From: Antedon mediterranea
Lineage: Eukaryota; Animalia; Echinodermata
NCBI RefSeq assembly: GCF_964355755.1
Contig: NC_092674.1
Location: 24,862,001 to 24,926,000, forward strand
Length of the DNA: 64,000 bases
Reading direction: 5' to 3'
The notes under the pieces were generated by a model, which was given only the letters and a program-made list of their open reading frames with translations, was not told where the DNA came from and made no database searches. Below are positions 24,235-39,421 of the stretch, piece after piece; the first letter of the stretch is position 1; each line of letters begins with the position of its first letter. Made by a program: the position numbers and the translations under genes.

Positions 24235-26454
24235 ACAGTATATTATTATATAATTATATATAAACCCATAGAATTTAATACAAATATCTTTATTTAAAAT
24301 CACAAAGCCGTTTTTAGGAAAACGTCGTTAAGATAGTAGGTGGGAGGTGGTCAGACAAATAATAGGTGTAAATTGTATTTGAATACTCATTTTCCCTTCT
24401 GACTCATCATTGGAACGAAAAACACATGTTGAATAACAGAGCGTTTTGTTAAGGTTAAAATTGACCCATATTTGTGAATATACAATTTGGGAAATCCCAT
24501 TAATCTTGTTTTAACTATACTTCTCAAACGCAGCGCATTTCGCAACTAATGACCTTTTAAAAATAAAAGAATAACAGCAACTCTTTCCTTTCTTTTGGGA
24601 AAATAGGGTCGGTGGTTGGAATCCAACAAACAATTTTGTTAGTCATAATGGTTTTTGTCTTGTTATATTTTTCTAAAACGTGAACATGGAAGTAAAAAAA
24701 ATATAGAATAAAGTAACGAAACAGAAAATTACGTCAGCAATGTGACGTCATCATTCTATTATTCTGAAATTAGTTGCAAAATGGAAACAAAAACTTTGAT
24801 CGAATCATTACAAATAATCAGATTTTATTAAAATAAAATAAATAAAATAAAAATAATTTATGGTTAACATTGAATTTTCCGGAAAAGGGGGATTTTTAAC
24901 CTTTAACCTTTAACCTTTAAGGTTTAGTTTAAATTGGTATTGATCATATAACTTCTTTTCTGTTACGTCCATGTTCACTTTTAACTAAATACTATTAATT
25001 TATGAAGTTTATCATTTTTGTAAATATTAGTTTAAGTTATTTTAATTTGTATTGTTTAACCACTGCCTTGTTTTTGTATTCTGTTCTGTGTGATATGCAA
25101 TATTTATTTTTCCAAAGAAGTTATTTCAGTTGGAGGGGTAACCATGTCTAAGGTGTTAAAAAAAAATTCACACTGGCGTTGTTATAGTATTGGACGTTGA
25201 TGCTATAATCACGCATTTTGTGTTATACCGTGGAGGTATTCATCCATGGTTATCTACCATATTCTCCCTACTGTATATATGATTTGTACGGTATCATCGC
25301 AAATACCGTAATGCAGTGTCATATATTACGCCTATCAAAGCCTAATTTAACCCAACCCTAACCAAAACATATAGTATTGCAGTTGTCACATGTTATATTT
25401 ATGAAACACTGTATGACATAATTTGCAATGATACTTGACAGATTAATGCCATTTGTGTAGATCGTACAAAGAATCGGGTGGTTATACAGTAACATTTGCA
25501 CTTTTCTTATTCCATTTGGACTTTCCAACAGTTTTTCTGTGAGGTTTTAAATTTCACCCTACACTAACTTCTACCCATTTAGCATGTTGATCATGATAGG
25601 ATTAAGTTCCAACAGAATATTCCTCGTAAATCTGTAACATTTTGTCAGTGATACTACGACGTTACGTGCGCGTACAAACATACGTACGTACGCATAAAAC
25701 TAATTCGTGCGATCACTGACAATTTAGGATACCTCGTGTACAGGCCTCAGTAGATTTTAATAATGTATATTATTTTCGTCTTGTAAATACATATTTTGAA
25801 ATAATAAAAGATATACCGTATACGTTGTGAACAACTTTGTTTATATCGTTCTAATAATTGAATTACGTAAACGAACGGAATGACTTGACCTACGTCAAAT
25901 ATAGAAAGCCGTAACCGTTTAATTCAGTCATATTGCTGATAATGACTCTTTTGATAGACGATGATAACTGTGTTAATATGAAGAAAAAATAATACGCAAG
26001 AATTTATTATATATATATTGATAATAATTATGATGATGATAATGCGAAGGTACTGATAATGATTGTGTGATGATGATAATGATGATGTTGATGATGAAGC
26101 AGTAATACTCCGGTGGATCTCGATGCCACGTATTTCAGATCATCACTGCCTGGTTCATACATCTACACCACCGAGTTAGTGTTGGATTCGAGACCAAGGA
26201 AGTTGTGCCTTTACTATACTAGACCTACTCTTGCCTTGACTATACTAGACCTACTCTGTCATAATAGTAATTGATATTCGAGAAATATAGTCTAAATTAG
26301 AGTTCATAAATATACTTATATAAAGTAAAATTGACGTCGGAGTATTAGGCCTAAATCAACACATCTGACCAATAACAGTATATATATATATATTGTATAC
26401 GGAATGCTATTCATGTCCCTTTAAATAATGTATACTGTCATTTCAAGGAATTTT

Positions 26455-26602
26455 AAGCTCTGTCTACACTATCAACTTTATGTCACAAACAATGCGATGT
26501 GCCCATATATGGACATGATGATGCAATATCACTGCTATAATATTTGTGCATAGCATTACCATCTTTGGTCACCAAACTAGTTTGATAGTGTATACAAAGC
26601 TT
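26455..26602. mobile_element. MITE family A copy
   Basis: Same TIRs and core; TTAA-like flanks. Confidence 0.8.
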
Positions 26603-29600
26603 AAGATACATTTTTAAACTAGTTTACACAACATCTCGTTATTGCTTTTTAAATCATTCTTTTAAACCTAAAGTATGCACAGAAGTTTGTTTTGCATAGC
26701 AGATGTACGTTATTATTGGTTGAAGGCTTGTATTCTTACTCCTGTGAACGATCAAAGTAGGCATATTGATCGAAACGTCGAGAAATCCAACTTTTCAGAA
26801 ATAAATACGTGGTGCAGGGCCTGCTTAATTCGAAGTAAATAAGTTCCAACTTTGTTTATTAATTTTTTCTTTGTATATAAATAATTGCAATTTCAGGTGT
26901 ACCACAAACCTTATATCACCACATCATTATTAGTTTTGTTGTCATTATTAATGTCACACAAAGAAATACATTATGAAAGTGAATATTTGTAAACAAAACT
27001 GTAAATAATATTTTTTAAATTCATTTATTAAAGAAATATACCAATTATACTCATGATGAGACCTAGTTAAGCCTCTTTTCCCAGGTAAGTCACTAACTCG
27101 GTAGGTACGGTACACAATTAACAATCTTTACATCGAAAACATTGTTCCGAAGGGCAACGGTATAATTATAATATTATATTGTTGTCACGTGGTTATTTAT
27201 GCTCCGGAATGTCACCGAGGCATTATAGGTGACAATTCATGGGTAGAAATCTTTTCTTATCTAGATTTTTGGGGAAATTAAGGGGAAAACTAGGGGAAAT
27301 CCCTCATTACCATATAAATAGAGACTGATAAGGCCCCAAAAATCCAGGTAATGTAAGGCAGACAGACATAACAAACAAAGTCCCGCCTACCATTTCCGAT
27401 TAGATAATGCACCAGTGATCACTGTGCATTGTATTAGGCCTAAACAAAAAAGCTACTGAATATGATTTTACGGGCCTGTCATGTGTCTACGCTTGGTGTA
27501 TTGCATTATCTATTTATGATCTTTGTTGGACTAAAACAATATTTGGATATTGATATCAGGGCCTCCTATTGGTCCTCATCAAATCTCAACAATAATAATG
27601 TATAATAATCATGTGATGAATCAAAATGCACCACACACCGAATGCATACAAATTGCAATAGCTAGAGCAGTTATAGCCTTCAACAATGACGTTTGCTTCT
27701 ATGGAAGAAGAAGATATAGGCCTATATTCAATCACATTGTGCATTGATGTAGACCCCCATACATACGTCCTTTAAATTCAAACATTGCAAATTTAATAAT
27801 GGAGACCAGATCCTTTTGAATGGTTTCTGTAATATTGTACATTACGCATCCATCCTGACTGGAAAATTGTACTGGGAAAGATATAGGGCGATAAACACCT
27901 ATGCTAGTAAACCAACACAAGACGTTTTTCAACAAAATTTTTAAAAAAGTATTAAAACAATTAAATTGCGAATTTCAGCGTGTAATTTGTTCTAAACGCG
28001 ATAACAGTATATTTATTAATTATTAATTCTGTATCTGTATTTAAAATGTAATTGTTCTTGTTTATCTTTCAATAATCTAAAACAACAACAAAATGTTTTG
28101 TAACTTATGACTATTCACTATTATGCATACATTTCTTTTATCATGGACCATTTGTAAGAACATTATTTTTAATGAAAATGTCATCCATGTAAAATAAGTT
28201 TATAGATAAATAAATAAATAAACAGTAGTACGTGGAGGATAGGACTGAAATGGTAATTCTGCAACGAAGTACAAAAGAGTACCGTAGGCCTACCAATGTA
28301 TTATGAATTACGCCGCGTAATGTTGAGGATTATGGTTATTGTACCAATTAATATTTGGGCCTATTCAAAGGATATAAAAGAAATTTCCCTTGTCATTGTC
28401 ACCAACTAATTACTAACTATTTGAAATATTGAAATGAGACATACAAGGAACTATACTAGGAAAAAAACACGTTTTATTTCTAAGTATCGTTACATCATGC
28501 GCGCTGTAGCCTACTTTCCCGAATTTGTAATATCCTGATTCCTATACTGATCGAAGAAGAAATTAAGATGTATTGTCCCCCAAAAACATAAACAAAATGC
28601 AGATTCATAAATCAGACTTTAAATAGACCATTCTGCAGTTTTAATAACGTTATTCACTTCTGTAGGAAAAAAAATTTCACTTACAAAAAGACAAAAGAAA
28701 CAGTTAATTTTAACCAAAAACATTTTCAGGTTAATAGATTTTTTCGATCCAGTTTTTGGTTAAAGTGAATAACTATTAGGTGATATTAAAATGGCATATT
28801 TAACAAATATATTATATCATTACAACATGTTAGGCCTACTTTTTAAAAACTCACAATTGGAGGAGATTATGAAGGCGTGTTGAATTCTTGTTTCCGTCGA
28901 GTAGACATATTTGCAATATAACACGTTTCATACTTTGTTATTCTGTTCTGTTTGTTATTATAGATTCTTGTATCTTTTTTAAAGAAGTAAGTTGTTGAAC
29001 TTGAACTGTTTGAAGCATCCTAAACTCATGTCTTACAAATGAACTTCTATAGAAATACTATTGTTGATACATAGGCCTAGAATTGGACATGGCACGAACT
29101 CCAAGTGCTGCTGGCCGTCTATAATATTCTTTCACATCACCTAGCTAGCAAAACACCAGAGTTTAGGCCTATAGGTCCATGTTTGAACACACCACGAACG
29201 AGCGCACACCGAACAAAACCGTTAACACTGACGTTTGCTGGCGATGTGAAAGAGGAATTCAGCGTAAAATATATAGCTGTAAACGTTAAAGATGTATTGT
29301 CCCCCTGAAAAAAAAATTATTAATTTTAATAGTTATCGGGGAAAAAATGTATTTACCTAAAAACTGTAACCGAAAGTAAAAAAATAGTCAAATTGGCTGC
29401 CAGTCAATGAGTTATTGGTTGAATTTAACCATTTATTTTGTAATTTTATACTGAGTGGAAACATTAATTTTTCGTTTTTGTTCTTACGGAACTGATTGAC
29501 TTTTTTAAAACTACAAAATAATCTATTCAAAGTCTGATTGTATTAATCTTTTTTTTTTTCATGTTTTTTCGGGACAATACATCTAGTACGGGCATTCTAT

Positions 29601-30344
29601 TGCCAATACTGATAGGCCTACTTTAAAAATTGTTGGAGATGATATGCCCTCTGCTGCACATTATTTATTTTATAACAACATACTGGAGAATACAATCAGG
29701 TAAAGGAAAACCTGTTTTGCCTTGTGGTCCTGTCTTAAATACAAAAAAAATCAGGGGAAAAATGTTTATAATTGAATTAATCAATATCAGTTTAAACAAC
29801 TGATATAAAATATAAGACAACAGCCAAATTATTACACTATTTTAAAATATAGCCTGAGCAACTTAGGCCTAAATATATTTGTTTTGTTTGGAAAATCAAT
29901 TTTAATAGAACCAAAGTTTATTAAGAGAAAAACACATTTTTGTTTTATAAATACTTTATGTTATTTATTTTGGGAGTTCGGGCCTTCGTAGTATTTCGCC
30001 GCTTCTGGTTACACCGTGATTTCATAGAATTACAAGCTAATCGGAAGAAAGTGGGATTTTGATCAGACAAACTATAATCTTTGTTTATAGTTCGTTTTAA
30101 ATTGTACCTTCGTGGAAATTCGGAGCTTCTGGTTAAACAGACATTTCCTGGAATAGCTATTGTGACACGCATGGGAATTGGGGTGCCCAGACGTGTTATT
30201 TAACCTGAGACAATACAATAGTCACACTTCCTGATACATAATAATTATACGAATCTCAAGTTCACCAGAGTCATAGGCCTACTATTAGTACTGTATTACT
30301 ATAGCCCTAATCAATTACTGATCTGTATAAAAGGTGTAAACATT

Positions 30345-31115
30345 AAAGTTTGGTTTGCGCTTGGACGCAATGTAATGACGAAAGCGCAACGTAAAGCTTG
30401 GTTCCCACTAGCAACGCAACCGACCCAATATAAGAAAATGCCGTTCCAATTATTGTGTTTACCCCCGCTTGCATGAAATCAAACCTGTTATGTTTGCAGC
30501 TGTTGCGTCGTCGGTTCCTACTTATGATTACGCAATACAGCACTTTGCGTCAATTCGTCGCTGAGTTGCGTCTTAAGCTTGGTTCCCACTAGCGACGCAA
30601 CGCAACGTAACGCAACCTACTCAACGTAAGAAAATTCCCTTCTGATAGTTGTGTTTGCCCCCGCCTGCGTGAAATCAAACCTGCGATGTTTGCAGCACTA
30701 TTGCGTCGTCGGTTCCCACTTATGATTACGCAATACAGCACTTTGCGTCAATACGTCGCTGCGTTGCGTCTTAAGCTTGGTTCCCACTAGAACGTAACGC
30801 AAGGACGTAAACGCAACGCAAGCGTTTTAACCAATGACAAGCGAAGTTATAGACAGTTAGCAATCACAAGCGAATAAGCCATCGCTTGTGATTGGTCAAT
30901 TCACTTGCGTTGCGTTACGTCCTTGTGTTGCGTCGCTAGTGGGAACAACGCTTTAGTGGGAACCACGCTTAAAGCTTGGTTCCCGTTAGGACGCAACGCA
31001 TCGTTGAAGCGCAACGTAAGCAATTTGACCAATCACAAGTGATGTATTATCCGAACTTGGCATTGGCATTGGTCAACTCCTTTGCGTTGCTCTTACGTCC
31101 TTGCCTTGCGTCTCT
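30345..31115. mobile_element. Stack of nested and adjacent MITE family B elements
   Basis: Left ends of type aagcttggttccc at about 30394, 30575, 30773 and 30972; right ends at 30953 and 30970; gcaacgcaac sub-terminal repeats. Confidence 0.8.
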
Positions 31116-31500
31116 ATTTTGAATCAATATTATCTAATCACTGCTAATATTAATGATAATTGATCAGCAAACCAATTTTGAATCAAACTTTTTCAGAGTT
31201 TGTTTTATATTATAATTTTTAATGTAATATTGATATAATTTATATTTTCTAGTGGTGGATATAAAACAGAAGTCACAATGTTGCCACCAAGAAATAGCGA
31301 TTCTTCGATTATATAGTGTTAATTATGATAGGCCATACTATACGATGTATTGGCCAAATACTGCATGACTTATTTTACTATTTTGCTATATTTCGTTAAA
31401 AAAAATTGTGTTCTAATAAATAAAACTGCAAGATCAATTAATCGATCCGCATTTGAAATATACCTTTATATCGGGGAACATTGAAATGATTGATTGAAAT

Positions 31501-31800
31501 ATTTATTTATACTGGGTAACCTCTTCAGTCAATGACTGGTCTCCCAGAGGGCCCAGTTGGTGATCAGTGGCTGTGATGTACTAATACACCGGGATAACCC
31601 CCTACTCGTCTCGAAAGATGTACTAGGTTCTTTAAAGTGCACACGAGCTAGATGTGTACACTGGACCTACGGTTTATAGTCCTTATCCGAGAAGACTCGT
31701 TCTACCACCAGAACCATGGAGTGAGTGAGCCTCGAACCCCTGCCGATGTTATAGCTAGGTAATTACGGTTCCACTGTCTTAACCGCTCGGCCACTCACTC
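31501..31800 (-). mobile_element. tRNA-derived SINE with Deu-domain-like core
   Basis: Minus strand: A box TGGCCGAGCGG, B box GGTTCGAG; core CGGATAAGGACTATAAACCGTAGGTCC...TAAAGAACC...TTTCGAGACGAGTAGGGGGTTATCCCGGTGT resembles the DeuSINE central domain; (TAAA)n tail. Confidence 0.75.
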
Positions 31801-32510
31801 ACTACATACAAAAATAATGCATCTGACTACTATACTAAATAATAACATAATGTAATGGATGTGGTACAACAACAACTAATTAACAGCAATTATATCGGTA
31901 GTAATAAACGCAATCAAAGCAATCAAGAAACAATTCGGCCATAACAGGATCCTAAGTCTGCAGAAAAAGGGTAATTCTCAACCAATTTCCAGCACCGTTT
32001 AGCAGTTAGTTCGTACAATAGTTAGTTAATTTATTTTTATAATATGATAAAAGAACGAAACCAAGGAACTAAAGGTTTGCTTATAGATTTGTCCGGGTGC
32101 AGAAAGTGTCATAGTTCTAAAAAAAATATCTGACCTCAGCCCCAGAAAAGAATATGATATCCTTGAACAAGAAGATCATTATAGCGTTCGTGACAGAGAA
32201 ATAATAGGTCCATACCAAATAGCCTTGGTTCTACAATGAAACATTTAATAACAATAATATACATTACTTGTCTGAGAGGGAAAGGACAATAGTTCATAAT
32301 TTTTTGATAATACCTACGGATATATAACATAATAGTACACTTAAAATAGAAAATATGATGGAGATTTCAATACAGTATATATAATATATGGTTTAATTAT
32401 TTGAACAAATAGTAATGATCATCAAAATGAGTGCAAACAAAATATGAAGAAAATTGAACAAAAAATATATTATAAAAGACATTTTTTAGAATTATTTTAT
32501 TATTTAAGTT

Positions 32511-32726
32511 ATTTACTTATACTAGGTAACCTCTTCCAGAGAGCCCAGTTGTGATCAGGGCTGTGTGTGTACTAGTAGTGTAACCCTCTACTCGTGTCGA
32601 AAGGGTTAGCTTCTTTAAAGGTGGACACTGGACATAGGGATGATCCATGGAGCGAGTAAACTTCGAACCCTTGCCGATGGCATGACTACGTAATTACGGT
32701 TACACTGTCTTAATCGGCCACTCACT
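32511..32726 (-). mobile_element. Degenerate, internally deleted copy of the same SINE
   Basis: Colinear similarity to 31501-31800. Confidence 0.7.
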
Positions 32727-33084
32727 TAAGCCTGTGTTGAGGTGGAGGGTTGGTGGTGGGGCGGAAGGAGCAAATATTAAATGTAATAGAAGTTATCTAA
32801 TTTAAAATATAAAACAAGTTAATCGGCAGCCATTCAATCAATCAATTAAATATTATGTATTGTATAAGAGCAATCGGAGAGTTTTAACCTACGCCAGAAA
32901 AAGTAGAAAGAGAAAATGAATTTTAAAAATATAGTGGGATTTGGTTCCGAATTCTGTAATTCTGCATACCTAGTGAATGCGCACAAACGTGCGCATGCAT
33001 ATATAAATGTATGCAATGCTTAAAATATAGGGCCTAATCTGAAACGAGGTGTAATTTCGTCAACATTAATTTTGTAAAAGTGTA

Positions 33085-33247
33085 AAGCTTTGTTTACACT
33101 ATCAAACTTTATGTGTCAAAAAAATGTGATGTGCCCATATATGGACATGATGATGTCATATCACTACCATATTTAAGCATAGCACTACCATATATAGGCA
33201 CATCAAACTTTTTTGACACATACAGTTTGATAGTGTAGACAAGGCTT
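33085..33247. mobile_element. MITE family A copy
   Basis: Same TIRs and core. Confidence 0.8.
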
Positions 33248-35975
33248 AAGAGCGCGTACACCCTTGTACATGCGTTACGCTTTTTTTCAATTCTCGTTTG
33301 ATAACCTGAAATGTATCAGGTTGTAAAGATATAATTGAAAGCGTGCGTGTAGAGCACGTAACTATTTTACTGTATACCCATTACTATAGTGAATATTTGA
33401 ATATAGACCTGCTTGGAAAAAAATCGTTTTGATGTAATCTTTTTGACAAAAAGACAGACAGGGTTAATCGGATACGTATTTGTTTCTCATTGGCGAAGGC
33501 AATACAAAATTACTGAAAATTTGAAAATATGTTGAAAATATGTTGAAAATATGTAGCAGTAATAATTAAATAATTACATTATTATGTACATGTAGCGAAT
33601 CATTATGTAGATAAGCATTAGTCAGTAGTATAGTGCTAGCGTTGTTTGTAATAAGTACTTCTCAGTAGGCCACAAATTATTGCCTAATATTGTGAATTGT
33701 ACCACCTCTGATGGATTCCCATTGTGAATGTTAGTGTTTTTTTCAACTGTGTACTTAACTTATGTTTTGATTTATCATTTTGATTTGTATTAATTTTTAT
33801 ACCTATATTGAACAACTTCAAACACAGTACCCTCCCACTCAAATTATTATTGAGTCATTTTCTATTTATAACGAAAACAATAAGTTGGGAAAAAACTACA
33901 GAAATGAACGTGTATTCCTTACTGGTGAGTAATATGCCTTTAGCAAATAACACTGAACATAAACACAGGTTGAATAGGATTGTGAAGTAGATATTCATTT
34001 TTTTTAAAATATATCACACACCATACAAATTGTGCTATACCAGTGAAGAATGACAGTTAACGGTTTATCGCACGGATCGGTATAAACATTAAATTACATA
34101 ACAATAAACTATGTTACCATCTAAGTTTTTATAATGTTCTGAAGCGAAAGCGGAGTTACTCTATTATTAAAATTTCTATTTATATTAAAGTACGAAAACA
34201 GAAACAAACAAGCAGTTAATGATTGTCTTTTTCGGAACAATATAAAAAAAATATTTAGAGAAATCCTCCTTAAAACAAACCAAAGACAAATTACTATTTT
34301 CTTTTATACTAAAAATAGACAAAACGAAATCTTTTCATAGAATTAATATGATAATACTATTATAAACATTTCATATTGATATGGTATTTGTATATATAAC
34401 ACACCCTCGATTCACCCTAAGCCAGGTGACGGGAAGCTTCTTCGAAGTGGTTCTCCACTTTCGAGACATTGCAACAACTTCCGTAGATCTGGCCGGCAAC
34501 TCTTCATGTACATTGCTTACACAGTGATAGTAGGCATAATAGTATTGAAAATATAAAAAAATAAATTAAAAAAAGGAGTGTTACTGTATATAGAAAGCAA
34601 TGTGTTTATCAAATAAAGGAATTTTATTATGGAATAAATCTACAAATGTTTATATATTTTGAAAACTATACAAACAATGTCTATTAGCAAAGTATACAAT
34701 ATGAGTATAAGTAATTATAAATATTAAGAACTTGTAAACCTTTTCTTCTTCTATTAACAAAAGTATGTCACCGGGTTTTTAAAAATTAATTAACTGAATG
34801 AAAATTTTGAATTTATTTGAATTTGTTGTATTTTGTTGAAAAACCTTTTGAAATCTATTATATGTTTAACCTGTAATTTAAGGGCAGAGAGTGAACCCAC
34901 ATATCGTAGGGAAGATCAATTCTCTCGTAATTTTTATTGCTTCCCTACTTTGCGTCATTAGAGCTGAATTTAATATATTTAATGAAATTGATATTTAAAT
35001 GGGGTTCTTTCTTTATAAGCATTTGCTTCTTGAGTTTTCTTCTTTTCTTTATTTTATTTTGTTGTCATATTGAAATGTTCATCGCTCAAAGAAAATAAAA
35101 GAAGTTGCTTGTCATTGTAATAATAATTACTAATTTATCAAACTATATGAACAAAAATGAGAACAATGAGACTAAATTGAAGATTGTTAATTGTACACTG
35201 TGAACGCGAACTGATAAAACACATTTTCGCTTTATCTTATAATAATATGTAGCTATAAATAAGATAAGCCATTATCGATAATGATATAAAATGTGATCTT
35301 TTATTTTTTTCATTTTTTTAATTATGCCCTGGCCTTTTCAATTTAAAAAAAGGGTTTAAAAAATAACAGTTTTTGCTGGAAATTCCTCCAAGCTCGATTA
35401 AGCTTAGATCATACGCAACGCAATTAATTTGACCAATCATAAGCGAAGGATCATCCGATAAAGTTGCTTGTGATTGGTCAAATTACTTGCAATGCCTCGT
35501 ATAATCAAAGCGGCGTCATATAACCTTTGACAATTCTTGCAGCTCGTACTACCACAGCGTGAAACTTCGAATTTAATTAACTGAAATAAATTAAACAACA
35601 TATCATAATCTAAATTGATAAGTTTTCGTCATAAACTAAAAATAAATGTTGAAATATAATTGTTATTAGAAAATTTAAATATCAGAAACTCAGTTTCAAT
35701 ACATTGCACTTGCTATTGGTTTTGATACTCCAATCCGTCACAACATTGTTATAATTTTTACGATGACACAATCGAGTGCCCCGGAACATGCATTATTTAT
35801 AGAATCCACATATTTCTGGGTATTACGCTGAATATTCATTAGGGACAAAACTATTATGGGAAAACTAAAATAAATAGAGTGGGATTAGAGAATCTCATCA
35901 CTTTGCTCCTGAATCATCACAACTCAAAACATACTTTGAAGAAGCTAAGAAAACGTATAGGCCAACTTAGTGAAA

Positions 35976-36239
35976 ATGTTCAGTCAGTTTGATATGCCAA
36001 GCAATGAAGTCGGCTCATCAGAAAAAGCCGCCAACGGAAAAGGACCAGAAGAGATGCGAGGAAAAAGTTCTTCTGCAAGAACGTACCTTAAACCGGTGGT
36101 TTTGGCAGTTTTTACAGTATTCATGGTCAGCATTTTCACGTGGCAAACAGTGTATTTGGTACGGGTCTCAAATAGGTTAAGTCTTGTGGAAGAAGCCGTC
36201 CCAACGTCCAGTACTTGGCTCGCGAGTGACGACACAGAG
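35976..36239 (+). CDS. TNF-superfamily ligand gene 2, exon 1 (type II transmembrane)
   Basis: ATG at 35976 (alternative 35994); TM segment VVLAVFTVFMVSIFTWQTVYLV; phase-0 donor GAG|gtaggt. Six-exon model gives about 301 aa. Confidence 0.85.
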
Positions 36240-37552
36240 GTAGGTCTAATCGCTTTATTTTTTAATTTTGTAGAGGCATTCGCTGACGTTTAGGCTTATT
36301 TAAGTGTACAATTAATTTGATGTTTAAATTATTCTCATCGATAATAGCATTATAATTACTATAGGCCTAGTATACTAAATAGTTGCTATTATTCATTTTC
36401 ATCATTATTTCACTTTTAAAGAAAGTCTAAAATCTTAAACAAATAAATAAAAAGATAAAAACGAATTGAAGAAATTATAAATGCATTAAAAACATGCGTT
36501 TACAAAAAAAAAAAAAAAGTAACGCTCAGAAACCGGGCTGGTTATTTATATAACAAATTGTTGTTCCTTGGCGACACATTTCAATTAAAAAACGTGAATT
36601 ACAAAAATAATTACAAAAATATAATGTATTTCAAAAAATTATAGCTGACATGGTCAATATTAACTTTAGAAACACACATCTGGGTTGATCCACTTAGATC
36701 AAGACACAACTTTGCGCTGATTACCAGCTGCATTATGGGAGTATGTTTCCATATGTGTTCCAAAAAAGTACTTGGGTAATAATGTTCAGCCCTTAGAGGT
36801 TTCACAACATTAGGCGCTATATAAATACAGGATATTATTATTATTATCCTACAAAAATAAAAAGTATTTGTAGGCTCACATCATAGTTTATTTATCATCA
36901 AGAAAATATTTTAAAATAAGTTGTTTCTTGATAGGATTTTGGTATTGCTTTTTCTTGGGTTAGTTATTTTTATACAAGTGCAGTTATTATCGTTATTTCT
37001 TAAATCCCAGCAGAAATCAGGACAAAATAACACCATTTGTTTAAAAAAACTACAGAATGTCTAAAATAAAAAATAGTCAGACATTTTTTCAGTAGTTAGA
37101 TAGTTCAACCTACCGTATCTAACTCCCCAAAACAGAAAAAAAACGTGCAACAAAAGTTGGGTGTGTGGTAGATAATAATAATGTAATAACAAAAAATAAC
37201 ACAAAAATGTTATAGAATGTTTTGCCACACTGTTTATTTTTCATATTTGTTTTAAATTGCCTCTGTCAATTATTAGATTAGTGTGAGTCGTATTTTCGTC
37301 TACAATACCTGTTGGATTTCGTAGTTACAGATACCAGGGATGTGTTTTTATAGGCCTACCTCCCTGCAGATACGTTTCCATTGTAGGGTTTATGATACAG
37401 CCACAGCAAGCACCCATTGTCTGAAACAGTATGAAGTCCTTAGTCCTAAATTACATATGTGAAGCACTGAGGGCGGTAGACATTATTTGCACAATTTTAC
37501 AATAACAACAATATTGTAAATTAATTTGATTTTATTCTGTTAAAATCTACAG

Positions 37553-37577
37553 ATAGAAGAAACATTTAAGAGCAAAC
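37553..37577 (+). CDS. Gene 2 exon 2 (25 nt, IEETFKSK)
   Basis: Acceptor ctacag; donor gtaagt; phase 0 to 1; forms KSKR across the junction with exon 3. Confidence 0.7.
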
Positions 37578-38337
37578 GTAAGTATATTACTTGTTTAATA
37601 GTATACAAATAATGAATGTTTTTTAGTGTAATGGTACAAATAATGTTACGAGGTGAATGATGAAAGTAATATTATTTCAACGAGACAAAGTCGAGTTGAA
37701 ATATAACCTTTCATCATTCACCAAATGCCATTATTTGTACCATTACACGAATATAAAACATTCATTATTTGTTTTATATAACATCTAAATAAATAGGTTC
37801 TTGTTATTTGAATCAGATTGAATAAAAGGTATTGATTCACATTGTTGAAACAGTAACATTTGTTTTTTAATAATAATTATATTAAATATTATATTTATTT
37901 GGATGTTATAATCACACTTCTACTGTAGGCCTAGTGTTAATTATGACAACAAACAACTAAACAATCCGATCCTTTTTTGTTGTTGTGACCCTATCAATAT
38001 ATATCAATATATATCAATATATATCAATAAAATACAATAAAAAGAATAAAAGACAATAACAAAAGTATCGATAATTATAACTGTGAAATTGTGGATATCG
38101 TTGTGCTACATACAAAATGTATATTTCATTAAACCAAGTGAATCAGACATAACTTGAATGTGTTTTCGTTGTTTTTAAGATACAAATTATCCTATTATTT
38201 AATAATATAAATATTATAATTAATTTAACGAGGGCACGTTTTTGACTGATGTAATGTTTGTATAATGTATATCTCTTCACCATATTGGGGAAAATCTGAT
38301 TGAAATTGAAATTACTATCATTTTCTCCAACATTTAG

Positions 38338-38387
38338 GATCAGTTCCGGATGGAGATTCTGTGCGTCACAACCGTCAACAAAACCAG
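38338..38387 (+). CDS. Gene 2 exon 3 (RSVPDGDSVRHNRQQNQ)
   Basis: Acceptor ttttctccaacatttag; donor CAG|gtaagt; phase 1 to 0. Confidence 0.75.
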
Positions 38388-38439
38388 GTAAGTCACCATC
38401 ACAATATCTCATACTATTTTAGCACACCGAGTTTCTCAT

Positions 38440-39095
38440 CATGTTCCATCTTATCTCACCTTACTTCCACCTCATCTCATTGTATCCTAGGCTCACTTTT
38501 TATCTCATCTAACCTTCCTCTAATCTCATCGTATCTTAAGCCTTACTTTTTATCTCATCTAATCTCCCTCTAATCTCATCATATCCTAAGCCTTACTTTA
38601 TCTCATCTAACCTCCTTCTAATCTCATCGTATCCAAGGCCTCACTTTTTATCTCATCTAACCTCCCTTTAATCTCATCATATCCTAAGCCTTACTTTATC
38701 TCATCTAACCTCCCTCTAATCTCATCGTATCCTAGGCCTCACTTTTTATCTGATCTAACCTCCCCCTAATCTCATCATATCCTAAGACCTTATTTTATCT
38801 CATCTGACCTTCCTCTAATCTCATCGTATCCTATGCCTCACTTTTTATCTTATCTAACCTCCCTCTAATCTCATCGTATCTCAGGCCTTACTTTATCTCA
38901 TCTAACCTCCCTCTAATATCGTCGTATCCTAGGCCTTACTTTATCTCATCTAACTTTCCTCTAATCTCATCGTATCCTAGGCCTCACTTTTTATCTCATC
39001 TAACTTCCCTCTAATCTCATCGTATCCTTGGCCTCCCTTTTTATCTCATCTAACTTCCCTCTAATCTCATCGTATCCTAGGCCTCACTTTATCTC
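38440..39095. repeat. Approximately 48-50-bp tandem repeat (tctcatctaacctccctctaatctcatcgtatcctaggcctcacttttta) in gene 2 intron 3
   Basis: Directly visible, about a dozen copies. Confidence 0.93.
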
Positions 39096-39421
39096 GTCGT
39101 ATACCATCGCATTTCCTATAACACCCCCATTCCGTTTCAGTTCAAACCCATCCACTTTCAAATTAATTAATGAGGTAATAATTTGCGGTAACATAATTGT
39201 CAAATCAAAGCACCATTAAAAAAAAATTAAAGAATAAACACCATAAAACCTATGATCGCATAGCCTAGAAATCGATACAAGTCAACGGCGGCTGTAACAG
39301 CAACTAGTAACAATTTGTCGCAGCCAATCATAAGTTCCTATCTCGGTAAGACTGTTAGATTGCCTGGATACAATGAATTGTTAGTTCTAATAAAACATGA
39401 TCGTTTTAATCTTGGTTATAG

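Noticed and set aside
31720-31800. tRNA gene on the minus strand
   Set aside because: It has A and B boxes but continues into a SINE body and tail and has a decayed second copy, so it is a SINE head.
24300-35900. Hidden gene or autonomous transposon in the 11-kb intergenic gap
   Set aside because: Only short ORFs with no recognisable domains; I could not find a transposase, reverse transcriptase or coherent exon chain.
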